A stretch of DNA of 64,000 bases. Origin: Shigella phage ESh31. The translations under genes were made by a program, and so were the position numbers. Within the stretch, counting starts at the first letter, position 1; every line of letters starts with the position of its first letter. The notes beneath the pieces were generated by a model. That model saw nothing but the letters and a program-made list of their open reading frames with translations, was not told the DNA's origin and ran no database searches. This document shows positions 1-9,324 of this stretch, one piece after another. The stretch lies in sequence record ON528741; one strand, 5' to 3'.

Positions 1-1
1 T

Positions 2-253
2 CTTCTTCCATCAGCATTTATACTTGCGCTTTTGGTTGTTTTACTTATTATCGGTTCATTTGTTATTCCTGCACATTTGCATGAAAAATATAAAGATTAT
101 AAATGGAAAAAGGATTATGCTTTACACATAGAAAATATTGATAGGGCGTATAAAGGTTTACCTCCTATTCAACCCAAGAAATCGATTATCGTTGAATTTT
201 TAAAAGCTCGTAAAGCTAAAGTATGTCCTGTTATTGAATATAAGGCTGAATGA
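2..253 (+). CDS. hypothetical membrane protein, 5'-truncated at window edge
   Basis: Frame open from window start to TGA 251-253; hydrophobic N-terminal stretch; stop overlaps next start (ATGA). Confidence 0.3.
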   Translation, partial: LLPSAFILALLVVLLIIGSFVIPAHLHEKYKDYKWKKDYALHIENIDRAYKGLPPIQPKKSIIVEFLKARKAKVCPVIEYKAE

Positions 254-1263
254 TGAAAACAGTAATGAAAAGCTATTTTGGTAGTCATCTTTATGGAACT
301 TCTACCCCAGAATCTGATGTAGATTTTAAAGAAATTTTTGTTCCTCCTGCTCGTGATATTCTTATCGGAAATGTCAAAGAGCACATGAGTAAAAACACTA
401 ACAACACATCATCTAAAAACACTAAAGATGATATTGACCATGAACTATACAGTCTTAAATATTTCTTTAAATTAGCAGCAGATGGTGAAACTGTAGCATT
501 GGATATGCTTCACACTCCACCTGAACTAGTGGTTAAATCTGATTTGCCTGATGTGTGGAAGTTTATTCAAGACAACCGTTCTCGTTTTTATACGACTAAC
601 ATGAAATCCTATTTAGGATATGTCCGCAAGCAAGCTTCTAAATATGGTGTCAAGGGTTCTCGTTTGGCTGCATTACGTGATGTATTGAAAGTAGTTAATC
701 AAATCCCTGAGCAGTGGATTGATTACCAAGAAGATGGTTCTATTAAGCAGCGTCGCACTAAAGTTGAAGATATTAAGCATCGTCTTCCAGAAAACGAATT
801 CTGTGAATGGGTGTTCCATAATCATGAGAAAACAGGCCCACAAACGTTCTACACTGTGTTGGGTCGTAAATATCAGACAACGCTTTCTCTTATTGAGCTT
901 AAGCAGTCACTGAACAAATTAGATGCTGAATATGGTGAACGTGCTCGTAAGGCCGAAGCCAATGAAGGTATTGACTGGAAAGCTCTGAGTCATGCTTGCC
1001 GTGGTGGACTCCAACTATTGGAAATTTACAAAACTGGTGACTTGGTTTATCCACTCCAAGATGCTCCATTTATTCTCGACGTGAAGTTGGGTAAACATCC
1101 ATTTAAAACGGTTCAAGAGTTTTTGGAAGATGTGGTCGATCAAGTAGAAGCAGCATCTACTGAAGCTTCTAAGAACGGTATGCCTAAAACAGTAGACATG
1201 AGTTTCTGGGATGACTTCCTTGAGAAGGTCTATCTTGAAAACCACCGAAGTTATTATAAATGA
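250..1263 (+). CDS. predicted Pol-beta-superfamily nucleotidyltransferase (T4 nrdC.11-position ORF)
   Basis: 337 aa; N-terminal GS-x10-DVD motif (FGSHLYGTSTPESDVDF) typical of minimal nucleotidyltransferases; followed by a terminator. Confidence 0.5.
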   Translation: MMKTVMKSYFGSHLYGTSTPESDVDFKEIFVPPARDILIGNVKEHMSKNTNNTSSKNTKDDIDHELYSLKYFFKLAADGETVALDMLHTPPELVVKSDLPDVWKFIQDNRSRFYTTNMKSYLGYVRKQASKYGVKGSRLAALRDVLKVVNQIPEQWIDYQEDGSIKQRRTKVEDIKHRLPENEFCEWVFHNHEKTGPQTFYTVLGRKYQTTLSLIELKQSLNKLDAEYGERARKAEANEGIDWKALSHACRGGLQLLEIYKTGDLVYPLQDAPFILDVKLGKHPFKTVQEFLEDVVDQVEAASTEASKNGMPKTVDMSFWDDFLEKVYLENHRSYYK

Positions 1264-1265
1264 TA

Positions 1266-1291
1266 GGGAGCCTTCGGGCTCCCTTTTTTAT
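1266..1291 (+). terminator. rho-independent terminator (UUCG tetraloop hairpin plus T-run)
   Basis: GGGAGCC-TTCG-GGCTCCC followed by TTTTTTA immediately after the stop at 1263. Confidence 0.6.
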
Positions 1292-1314
1292 TTCAAAAAT
1301 TTTTCATAAAACGG

Positions 1315-1345
1315 TTTACATGGTCTGTAGTTGTTGATACTATAG
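1315..1345 (+). promoter_or_regulatory. candidate early promoter (GTTTAC -35)
   Basis: GTTTAC followed about 17 bp later by a TACTAT -10-like element, upstream of the ORF at 1382. Confidence 0.35.
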
Positions 1346-1381
1346 ACCTATCAAAACAAATGAGTAAATTGGAGATACAAA

Positions 1382-1582
1382 ATGACTACTTTGAATAAAC
1401 GTTTCGGTAAAGCTAAATCTGGTTGTGCAGCTGAACGTCGTTATGTTTTCGCTCAGTTAGAAGATGTAGAGTATCAGATTAATCAAGTTCATATTACTGG
1501 TATCGAGCCTATGTGTGGCCTTGAAGCTCTTCGTGAAGTTCGTGACGGGTATCGTCGTGACATCGAAGAAATGTCAAAATAA
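1382..1582 (+). CDS. hypothetical small protein (66 aa)
   Basis: ORF with GGAG Shine-Dalgarno 7 nt upstream of the ATG. Confidence 0.4.
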   Translation: MTTLNKRFGKAKSGCAAERRYVFAQLEDVEYQINQVHITGIEPMCGLEALREVRDGYRRDIEEMSK

Positions 1583-1639
1583 GTATACAAACTGATAGGA
1601 TTATGTTATAGTAGTCCTATCAAATCAAAGGAGAATAAA

Positions 1640-2608
1640 ATGAAAACTGTAACTATCAATAAGGGTATCTACTTTGGCAAAGAAATCTCTGGAACTTTTG
1701 AACTCTTAGGTGAGTGGTTCCCTGATAATGCTCCAGTAGATGCACAGGGAGATGGTAAAGTTTTTGTTGAAATTGACGGTAAGCGTCGCGGTGTTTGGGT
1801 TTACAAATCAGACATTTCATATGATGGTGTAAAAGTTGAAGAAGTTAAAGAATCGTATGAAGATATGAAAACCCGCATTAATAAAAGATTTAATGTTATG
1901 GGAATGATGACGAATGGTATTATTAACGGAAACATTCGTTCATTAATTATCTCGGGAGCAGCAGGTATTGGTAAAACGTATTCTTTAGATAAAGCTTTAA
2001 ATAAAGCAAATGATATTGGATACATTGAATATAAAAGCATTAATGGTAAAATCTCTGGTATCGGTCTTTATGAACAGCTTTGGAATAATCGTGAAGAGAA
2101 TTCTGTCCTTTTGATTGATGATGTGGATGTTTTCTCTGATATGGACATTCTTAATCTTCTGAAAGCTGCTCTGGACACTGGAGAGACCCGTAAAGTCTGC
2201 TGGAGCACCGCATCTTCTTACTTAGAAGAAAAAGGCATTGAGCGTGAGTTTGAATTTAAAGGAACGATTGTTTTTATCACAAACGTTGACATTGACCGCG
2301 AATTAGACCGTGGTACTAAACTTGCTCCACATTTACAAGCATTAGTGTCCCGCTCAGTTTATTTGGATTTGGGTGTTCACACTAATGAAGAAATTATGGT
2401 CAGGGTTGAAGATGTTATTCTTTCAACTGACATGATGCAAAAGCGCGGTCTTTCTGATGAAGAAACTTATAAAGCATTATCATGGATGAAAGTCAATGTT
2501 AATCGTTTACGCAATGTTTCACTACGTACTGCGCTTTATCTTGCTGACTTTATTATGACCGACAAAAACGGTTGGGAAGAAATCGCTGAGGTTACTCTTC
2601 TGAAATAA
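1640..2608 (+). CDS. P-loop (AAA-like) ATPase (T4 nrdC.10-position ORF)
   Basis: 322 aa; Walker A GAAGIGKT, Walker B LLIDDVD, sensor-like FITNV; AAGGAG RBS. Confidence 0.55.
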   Translation: MKTVTINKGIYFGKEISGTFELLGEWFPDNAPVDAQGDGKVFVEIDGKRRGVWVYKSDISYDGVKVEEVKESYEDMKTRINKRFNVMGMMTNGIINGNIRSLIISGAAGIGKTYSLDKALNKANDIGYIEYKSINGKISGIGLYEQLWNNREENSVLLIDDVDVFSDMDILNLLKAALDTGETRKVCWSTASSYLEEKGIEREFEFKGTIVFITNVDIDRELDRGTKLAPHLQALVSRSVYLDLGVHTNEEIMVRVEDVILSTDMMQKRGLSDEETYKALSWMKVNVNRLRNVSLRTALYLADFIMTDKNGWEEIAEVTLLK

Positions 2609-2709
2609 TTCATAAGAGGATTTCTATGACAAAAAGGCAGTTCAGAAATAGATTATATGGACTGCCATTAAAAAGATGACTAGAATTAAACTGGTAAATG
2701 GAGGTAGTG

Positions 2710-3012
2710 ATGTTATACTCAAAGGCTCGTGAAATTTACGAAACTAAAATTAAAGAAGCAGTATTTCAGTTCGCAACAACGATGCGATGGACAAATGATT
2801 GGGAGTATTCAAAAAATCATAAGAAGCCCATGGTGACAAGAAAGGCTCATATGTTAGTGTTAATAGACCGTGAGCAGATTAAAGCCCGAGAAGCCCTCCA
2901 GAATCATAAAAAGGCTGCCTTTGAATGGTTTATGGATAACACTGCTCCTGAGACTAAGAAAGCAGTGAGTGCGTGGTTCAGTGGAAAAAATTGTGAAAGA
3001 AGTTTCTTTTAG
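2710..3012 (+). CDS. hypothetical protein (100 aa)
   Basis: Internal ATG at 2710 preceded by GGAGGT RBS; the track's upstream ATG at 2698 lacks an RBS. Confidence 0.4.
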   Translation: MLYSKAREIYETKIKEAVFQFATTMRWTNDWEYSKNHKKPMVTRKAHMLVLIDREQIKAREALQNHKKAAFEWFMDNTAPETKKAVSAWFSGKNCERSFF

Positions 3013-3014
3013 TT

Positions 3015-3072
3015 GTTTACAAGACCGTTCCTCTGTGGTACTATACAACTATCAACTACGGAGGAACACAAA
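3015..3072 (+). promoter_or_regulatory. early promoter/leader cassette (PeSL-like)
   Basis: GTTTAC -35, GTGGTACTATAC -10 region, conserved leader CAACTATCAACTACGGAGGAAC ending at the ATG 3073. Confidence 0.5.
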
Positions 3073-3600
3073 ATGAACGCTAAAGATATTTTCAACCTGG
3101 TAAATTACAACGATGGTAAATTTAAATCAGAAGCACAAAGCAAGTTCTTTAATGACATCTCAATTGGAGGTGAAATCACTGTTGATGGAGGACAAATTTA
3201 CAAATCCCGTTGGAATTGGATCGTTATTATTGACGAGATCGGTATTGTAGAAATTTACAAGAATACGAATAAAAATCGTACATTACACTGGTCTCGTGAT
3301 ACTAACGAACAGTACAAAAAGGATAAAGCATCTAAATTATCTCGTGTAACTCAAGAAGATATTGAGTTCATCAAGAAAGATATTTTGATGTATGATAACT
3401 TAATTGCTGAAGAGCAAGCTGTTATTGATAAATTTGACGAGATTAAAGCTTCTCGTGAAATTCCTGATTTTATGAAAGAATCAGTAAATGAACGATACAC
3501 TCTCATTTCAGAGCGTATTGAAACTTACAAAAAGCAAAGAGCTGAACGCCAAAATACTCTTCGGAAGTTTGAAGAACGGTTAAAGACGGTACTCGCATAA
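3073..3600 (+). CDS. hypothetical protein (175 aa)
   Basis: Start set at the internal Met with GGAGGA RBS directly downstream of the early promoter cassette. Confidence 0.5.
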   Translation: MNAKDIFNLVNYNDGKFKSEAQSKFFNDISIGGEITVDGGQIYKSRWNWIVIIDEIGIVEIYKNTNKNRTLHWSRDTNEQYKKDKASKLSRVTQEDIEFIKKDILMYDNLIAEEQAVIDKFDEIKASREIPDFMKESVNERYTLISERIETYKKQRAERQNTLRKFEERLKTVLA

Positions 3601-3655
3601 CCGCTTTATACCAAGGATGGTATAATGGTTCTAAGCCCTTTTAATTGAGATTATT

Positions 3656-4063
3656 ATGAAACAGTTGATAATTAAAAGATTGAATTTATTGATATGTTGT
3701 TTATGCGTAGTAGTTGCATATGGTTATTATGCTATTAATGATTATATGCATTATAAAGATTATGATGTTACTGTAGTTAATACCTTTACAGGAACTCAAG
3801 GAAAGGGGTCTAGTTTATCGTTTATTGCCGTATATGAACTAAATGACGGTTATAGATTTAGCGAATATATTTCACCGGAGATGTATTCTTCAATAGAAAA
3901 AGGTGATAATATTACTGTAAGTTTACGTCCTTTCGACGTAAAACAGACATTGTTTGATAATATTGTTTGGTTCTTTGGAATGGTATTAGTTCAATCTGTG
4001 TGTGGTGCTTATATAGTCTTTTCCATCTTATTCTGTATATTTAGTAAAATTGAAATTGAGTGA
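3656..4063 (+). CDS. hypothetical membrane protein
   Basis: 135 aa; hydrophobic N- and C-terminal segments. Confidence 0.4.
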   Translation: MKQLIIKRLNLLICCLCVVVAYGYYAINDYMHYKDYDVTVVNTFTGTQGKGSSLSFIAVYELNDGYRFSEYISPEMYSSIEKGDNITVSLRPFDVKQTLFDNIVWFFGMVLVQSVCGAYIVFSILFCIFSKIEIE

Positions 4064-4070
4064 GGAAAAT

Positions 4071-4958
4071 ATGTCAGTAGTAATTAATAATGTCAATGCA
4101 GTAATTAAATCTTTAGTTAATAAAAAATTGAATGAATGGACTGTACTTCGTCGTGGAGAGCCAGATAAATTTTTTCATAGATTTAACCCAACTTTGGATT
4201 TGAATGTTATTGACAGAGATGTTCATGCTGAAATTTTAGATAAATTTAAAGTTGATATTGGGTTTGGATTAGATAAACATTTACAACGAACAAACGGGTC
4301 TGGAATGGGTTTATCTAATCGCATCATGAAAGCCCTTAATAAAATTGGAGCGTTGTCTCGTATTAACGCGAGTGAAATTCTTCGCAATTATAATAAAGGA
4401 TATGACCTTTATGGTAGACTAATGCCGAAATTGTCATTCGATCAAATGATTGCGGATTTGTGGGAAAATCAACGACGATTATTAGCATTAGGCGCTCGAT
4501 TAGCTAAAGGTCTAGATAAACAAATGATTTTTAAGACCAATAATACAGAAGACCTTAAATGCTTTAAATTTAGTATTCGCGGAGATGATTATTACATCAG
4601 AGCTCGCTCTACAGATTATGTTAATATGGGGCATCATCTCTGTTTAGCTTTTGAAGTTTTAAAAGAAGCTGGAACATTAGAATATTCATCTGGTGCAAAA
4701 TGTCCAATTGGTTCAAGTTGTATTTTAATTTATCGCCCGGATGAATCCAGTTCAACTAAATTTCCTACAAAACCTGTACCAGTTCGTAGTAACGAAAAAC
4801 ATTCTGAACAAATTGATTATTTCAGTAAACAAATAGAAGAGCTAAATATTTCTATTCAACAATATGATGATGAAATATTCAGACTATCTGGATTGAGTAG
4901 TAAAGCTAAATCTGAACGTGAAAAATTAATTAAAATTGTTGATTTACTTAAATCTTAA
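4071..4958 (+). CDS. hypothetical protein with C-terminal coiled coil (nrdC-region family)
   Basis: 295 aa from the internal Met with GAGG RBS; C-terminal ~45 aa heptad-rich segment. Confidence 0.5.
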   Translation: MSVVINNVNAVIKSLVNKKLNEWTVLRRGEPDKFFHRFNPTLDLNVIDRDVHAEILDKFKVDIGFGLDKHLQRTNGSGMGLSNRIMKALNKIGALSRINASEILRNYNKGYDLYGRLMPKLSFDQMIADLWENQRRLLALGARLAKGLDKQMIFKTNNTEDLKCFKFSIRGDDYYIRARSTDYVNMGHHLCLAFEVLKEAGTLEYSSGAKCPIGSSCILIYRPDESSSTKFPTKPVPVRSNEKHSEQIDYFSKQIEELNISIQQYDDEIFRLSGLSSKAKSEREKLIKIVDLLKS

Positions 4959-4966
4959 GGAACACC

Positions 4967-5992
4967 ATGAAAACTCGTTCTCAAATTGAAGATATGGTTC
5001 GTAATGCCAGCTATACTCGTGATGTTATGACATTTTTGTGCCAAAATAATTTAGACCCTGATAAAGTTAATCGTGATATTCACTTTAAATATATGAATAG
5101 CAGTGAATGGTTACGTCATTTTAGTAAAGCGGGGTATATTACACAAATGACTGCTCGTGAGCAGCTCACCGATTTCTGTAAAACTATTGATTATAAAAAT
5201 CCTCTGTTTGTTCAAGGTGTTGGTCAGAGTAAGGTCGATTTATCATCTGGATTTTTCAATCCAAATCATTATCGTCTTGAATGGAGATTTATTGCTCTAT
5301 TCCGTAGACAATTAAAGCAAATTTTGTCTACTGCTAGTCGATTAAAAGGCTCTGATATTAACTTAAAGAATCTGAAATTTGATGGTTATACTCTTCAGAT
5401 GGAAGTAAGACCGTTAAAAGAAAATAATAGAACTGCACGAATTAGCTTTAAACCTAATACAAAAAATTCTCTTTCAATTTGTGAATGCCTTAAATCACAG
5501 CTGACAGAAGCATTTAAGTATATGGATGTTGTTGCTGCTGTTCAATCTAAGATTTTACCTCGTTTTGAACGATTTAAATTAGACACAACAACGTATGAAC
5601 TTGATATGATCGTTTCATTTAAATACGATTTTTTGAGAAAGGACGAAGTCCCGCAAGAGAAAAAGCAGGAAGTACAAGATAACTTAAATTTAAATTTATC
5701 CAATTACTTATCAAACGATCCTAAATTTTGGATGTATAGTTCAGGTAATAAAGATGCATGGAAATTTAATAAAGTGAATTTTCTTCCTATTGAAAATCCG
5801 AGTCTTAAACCTGTTGAAAAATGGCATGCAGATGCGATTGAGAAGTCTATCAAGGCAGTAGATGATGAACTCGTTAAAGCAACTAATGAAGTGCTAGAAG
5901 CTGAAAAGATGTTGGAAAAAGCTCAAGAAAAAGTCAAAAATCTTACGAAGCAACGTTCTAAACTGAACAATGCACTAAATGCACTGAACTAG
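4967..5992 (+). CDS. hypothetical protein with C-terminal coiled coil
   Basis: 341 aa; AAGGA RBS; C-terminal tail LEAEKMLEKAQEKVKNLTKQRSKLNNALNALN. Confidence 0.5.
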   Translation: MKTRSQIEDMVRNASYTRDVMTFLCQNNLDPDKVNRDIHFKYMNSSEWLRHFSKAGYITQMTAREQLTDFCKTIDYKNPLFVQGVGQSKVDLSSGFFNPNHYRLEWRFIALFRRQLKQILSTASRLKGSDINLKNLKFDGYTLQMEVRPLKENNRTARISFKPNTKNSLSICECLKSQLTEAFKYMDVVAAVQSKILPRFERFKLDTTTYELDMIVSFKYDFLRKDEVPQEKKQEVQDNLNLNLSNYLSNDPKFWMYSSGNKDAWKFNKVNFLPIENPSLKPVEKWHADAIEKSIKAVDDELVKATNEVLEAEKMLEKAQEKVKNLTKQRSKLNNALNALN

Positions 5993-6021
5993 TTTACATT
6001 GCCACAAGGATGTGGTATAAT
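5993..6021 (+). promoter_or_regulatory. early promoter with palindromic spacer
   Basis: GTTTAC -35, spacer containing CCACAAGGATGTGG, then GTATAAT -10; the same arrangement recurs at 51951 and 56210. Confidence 0.5.
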
Positions 6022-6049
6022 GTTCTTACTTTCTACTGAGGAGATTATT

Positions 6050-7051
6050 ATGACTCGTAACGAATATATCAAATCATTCAATAGCGTTATTGATGATAAA
6101 GCTATACCGATGTTTGGTCAAAATATCGTTCTTTCTATTATCAATCAATGGCTCAATAGTGTTGATGCAAGTATTGTTTCTTCTACTAAATTTATTCATG
6201 AAATTCGTAAAATTTCTAGCCGTGTAGATAAAGATGTTATCAAGAAAACCTTTAAAGAGTCTCGTCTTCTTTCATATTTGGTTAATCGGGATATTCTTGG
6301 TAATTTTGGGAAAGAAATTAAACGAACTAAAGATGTAGTAGGATATAATTGGTTCGGTGATGTTAATTCTTATCATCTTAATAATAAAGAAGACCCTGAG
6401 AATATTTTTACTCGTCGTTGGATTAGTAATTTCAAACTTTTCAAAGGACAAATTCTAAAATCAGCTTCTAAATTATGTTATGGCGATTATCGTCAAATTC
6501 ATCCTTTGGCTTCTGATATGATTATCGTAAAAGAATATGAGCTTGATGAAAATAAAGTAGCTATTTTTGTGAATTATGGATTTTTTACACCAAACGCTAG
6601 CCAAAAGAATATTAATAAATTTTTCTCAATTGCTAGCACTATAACTCGTCAGTTAGAGACTGCATTACTTTGTATGGAAACAGTAGAAAATATTCATACA
6701 TATCCTTTTAAGAATATATGCGGTTGGGAAGGATATAAAATTGTAATTAGCCTTCGTGAATTAAAGTGCGCGTACTCACCGACTGATAAAGAAATTTATC
6801 AACAAAAATGTGATGAAATTGTGAATACTCCTAAAGAAGAAACTACCCTTGAGGAACTAATGGATAATCTTGATGATTCACCTGAACCGGTAGAAATTCG
6901 TCCAGAAGTTATTGCACTAGAAAAAGCTTATAAAGAAGTTCTAGAAATTTCTAATAAAGCGCAGAAAGAATATGAGCAGGCTAAAAGGATTTGGGAAGAA
7001 TCTGTTAATCGTCTTGATCGTCTAGAACAAGCTTTACAGTTAATTAAGTAA
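6050..7051 (+). CDS. hypothetical protein with C-terminal coiled coil
   Basis: Start at internal Met (MTRNEY) after GAGGAG RBS; C-terminal heptad-rich tail. Confidence 0.5.
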   Translation: MTRNEYIKSFNSVIDDKAIPMFGQNIVLSIINQWLNSVDASIVSSTKFIHEIRKISSRVDKDVIKKTFKESRLLSYLVNRDILGNFGKEIKRTKDVVGYNWFGDVNSYHLNNKEDPENIFTRRWISNFKLFKGQILKSASKLCYGDYRQIHPLASDMIIVKEYELDENKVAIFVNYGFFTPNASQKNINKFFSIASTITRQLETALLCMETVENIHTYPFKNICGWEGYKIVISLRELKCAYSPTDKEIYQQKCDEIVNTPKEETTLEELMDNLDDSPEPVEIRPEVIALEKAYKEVLEISNKAQKEYEQAKRIWEESVNRLDRLEQALQLIK

Positions 7052-7103
7052 TTTAAAGCCAAGGATGGCTCGGAGTATAAATCATTAACCAAGTGAGAAG
7101 AAC

Positions 7104-8033
7104 ATGAAAACTCGTAAACATTATATTGATTATTTTGACAGTCTTATTACTAAACACCGTAATTATCAGATCGGGCACAGAGCAGTAATCAATAATATTC
7201 TTCGTGATTTCCTTCAATATGTTGGTCAGGAAAATCATATCTGTAAAGATACTCAAAACGCTTATTCTCATTCGTTAGGCAATTTGCTTGAATGGTTTAA
7301 ACGTTCTCGTATGTTATCTTCTACTGTAGCTCGTGATAACATTAAAAACTTTATGAAGCCGAGCTTCATTAAATCTGCGACATCTATAACTGATTTGGTT
7401 GAATTTACTATTGTTAACGATGTTAAAAAGACCCATTTGGCTGATTGGTTATCTACCATTCCTGAAACTAAATTTGCTGATAAATTTGCTTGTCAATTCA
7501 ATGACCAAGTGAATATGCTTTTTAAGCATGCTCGCAAGCTGTTTACTGCAGGCGATGACCGTACAAATACAGTTCATGTTAAGGACTGGGTTATTGCTGA
7601 TGAAGTAACACATAAGCCAGGTGGTTCATCAGTATTAATTAATATCCAGGTTCCTTATTATTACTCACGTAATCTTGGCACCATGACAGCTAAAGAAATT
7701 AATAAGCACAACAAAACTATTCGTTCGTTGTCTTATAAACTCCGCATGATGTTAAAAATTATGGACGTAGTGGAAATGTATGACGAAACCGAAGATAATG
7801 GTTCAATGTTATACAGTTCACGCATTCTAATTAAACTGAAGAACCCTAATACATATAAGACAGTTGTAAAAGAGCCTAAAGTAGAAAAGGTTGATAATCT
7901 GAGTGAAGAACGTGAATATCTCAATGCCCGTTTGATTGAAGTTGAAGCCCAAATTGCAGAACACACCAAATTGTTAAAAGCTCTTAATGCAAAAGCAAAT
8001 GGTTTACGTAATGCTATTGAGGTATTGAAATGA
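7104..8033 (+). CDS. hypothetical protein with C-terminal coiled coil
   Basis: 309 aa; C-terminal tail [42 protein letters not shown]. Confidence 0.5.
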   Translation: MKTRKHYIDYFDSLITKHRNYQIGHRAVINNILRDFLQYVGQENHICKDTQNAYSHSLGNLLEWFKRSRMLSSTVARDNIKNFMKPSFIKSATSITDLVEFTIVNDVKKTHLADWLSTIPETKFADKFACQFNDQVNMLFKHARKLFTAGDDRTNTVHVKDWVIADEVTHKPGGSSVLINIQVPYYYSRNLGTMTAKEINKHNKTIRSLSYKLRMMLKIMDVVEMYDETEDNGSMLYSSRILIKLKNPNTYKTVVKEPKVEKVDNLSEEREYLNARLIEVEAQIAEHTKLLKALNAKANGLRNAIEVLK

Positions 8034-8419
8034 AAAAGCGTTTATTAGAAGACATTGCAGCTTCAAGTAATTCCAGTTTAATTAAAATTATTATGGCTGG
8101 TGAGGAAGATGATATGGAAATGCGTGGAAAGATTCACGGCTGCGACGATTTAGATTTTAAACCTCCAGCATGGGATGCTATTATGGCTATGGTTGAACGA
8201 CGTGAAAGAGCTTCTAAAAACGTTCCTAATTGCCCTGAATGCGGTACTGAACAAGTTCAATTGATTAACTGGCGTAAACCAGAGCTTGAATATAAATGCC
8301 GTCAATGTAAACATAAATTCAGTAAGCATGCTCCGGAAATGGTTAAATTGCCTGACTCTACTGAGTTCTTTAAAGAACTTGTGAGTGTTCAACCAATGCC
8401 TAATAATATTTTGGATTAA
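8030..8419 (+). CDS. zinc-ribbon protein
   Basis: 129 aa; CPECG...CRQCKHKF Cys4 motif; ATGA overlap with the upstream gene. Confidence 0.45.
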   Translation: MKKRLLEDIAASSNSSLIKIIMAGEEDDMEMRGKIHGCDDLDFKPPAWDAIMAMVERRERASKNVPNCPECGTEQVQLINWRKPELEYKCRQCKHKFSKHAPEMVKLPDSTEFFKELVSVQPMPNNILD

Positions 8420-8421
8420 AA

Positions 8422-8664
8422 ATGACCAAGCGTAAAGAATATATGGAGGCTGCTGAAAAGGCAGTCCGTGAATTAGCAATAGCTTATTATAATGAACATG
8501 GTAAATTTCCTAATAGATACAGCGTGCTTAAATCTGCTTTAACTCGTTCATATAAAAATATGCTATCAGAAGTAAGTGATATTATATACAAACATAAAGA
8601 ACAAACGGGCCAAAGTCTTGATTACGACGAGACTTTTAAACAAGTACTAGGAATTAAGGAATAA
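8422..8664 (+). CDS. hypothetical protein (80 aa)
   Basis: Tightly packed ORF between the zinc-ribbon ORF and nrdC. Confidence 0.4.
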   Translation: MTKRKEYMEAAEKAVRELAIAYYNEHGKFPNRYSVLKSALTRSYKNMLSEVSDIIYKHKEQTGQSLDYDETFKQVLGIKE

Positions 8665-8665
8665 T

Positions 8666-8929
8666 ATGTTTAAAGTATATGGTTATGATAGCAACATTCA
8701 TAAATGCGTGTATTGCGATAATGCAAAACGTCTTTTGACTGTGAAGAAACAGCCGTTTGAATTTATCAACATTATGCCGGAAAAAGGTGTTTTTGATGAT
8801 GAGAAAATCGCTGAGCTTCTGACTAAACTAGGTCGTGATACTCAAATCGGCTTAACAATGCCCCAGGTATTTGCTCCTGATGGAAGTCATATTGGTGGAT
8901 TTGACCAACTGCGAGAATATTTTAAATGA
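8666..8929 (+). CDS. nrdC: NrdC thioredoxin/glutaredoxin
   Basis: 87 aa; CVYC active-site motif; matches T4 NrdC by length, sequence recollection and position upstream of gene 49/nrdD. Confidence 0.8.
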   Translation: MFKVYGYDSNIHKCVYCDNAKRLLTVKKQPFEFINIMPEKGVFDDEKIAELLTKLGRDTQIGLTMPQVFAPDGSHIGGFDQLREYFK

Positions 8930-9141
8930 TGCTCGAAGGAAATGACTATATTCATGATTACCGCGGAAGCGCGGTATATGTAGGTGATGAAGTTGCAGTT
9001 TATTATGGGTATGGAACTTTGATGACAGCAAAGGTTATTCAAATTAAAAATAATCGTGCTAAACTCGAAGTTTATTATTCTAATGGTGAAAAGTCTATTT
9101 CTAAGTGGAAATACGGCGATTGTATGGTTAAATTGGGGTAA
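8926..9141 (+). CDS. hypothetical protein (71 aa)
   Basis: ORF overlapping the nrdC stop (ATGA). Confidence 0.4.
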   Translation: MMLEGNDYIHDYRGSAVYVGDEVAVYYGYGTLMTAKVIQIKNNRAKLEVYYSNGEKSISKWKYGDCMVKLG

Positions 9142-9143
9142 AT

Positions 9144-9314
9144 ATGATTTACGATATTAATGTATCACGAGCTCCGTCAATGGTTACTATTCCTGCTGAA
9201 GAACTAGATCGTCTTCATAAAATTGAAGAACTTCTTTGGGAAATTGAATGTGCCCTGCCATCAGGACTAGAATCCTGGATTGATGATGAAGAACTTAATA
9301 AATTGCGAAATTAA
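9144..9314 (+). CDS. hypothetical small acidic protein (56 aa)
   Basis: ORF below the track cutoff, read directly: MIYDINVSRAPSMVTIPAEELDRL... Confidence 0.3.
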   Translation: MIYDINVSRAPSMVTIPAEELDRLHKIEELLWEIECALPSGLESWIDDEELNKLRN

Positions 9315-9324
9315 TTGGTGAAAA

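Noticed and set aside
169-384. Minus-strand ORF (71 aa) overlapping the nucleotidyltransferase gene
   Set aside because: Lies entirely antisense to well-supported + strand coding sequence with no RBS; treated as a spurious antisense frame, as were most other minus-strand track ORFs (for example 1015-1245, 1801-2040, 23478-23894, 49635-50201).
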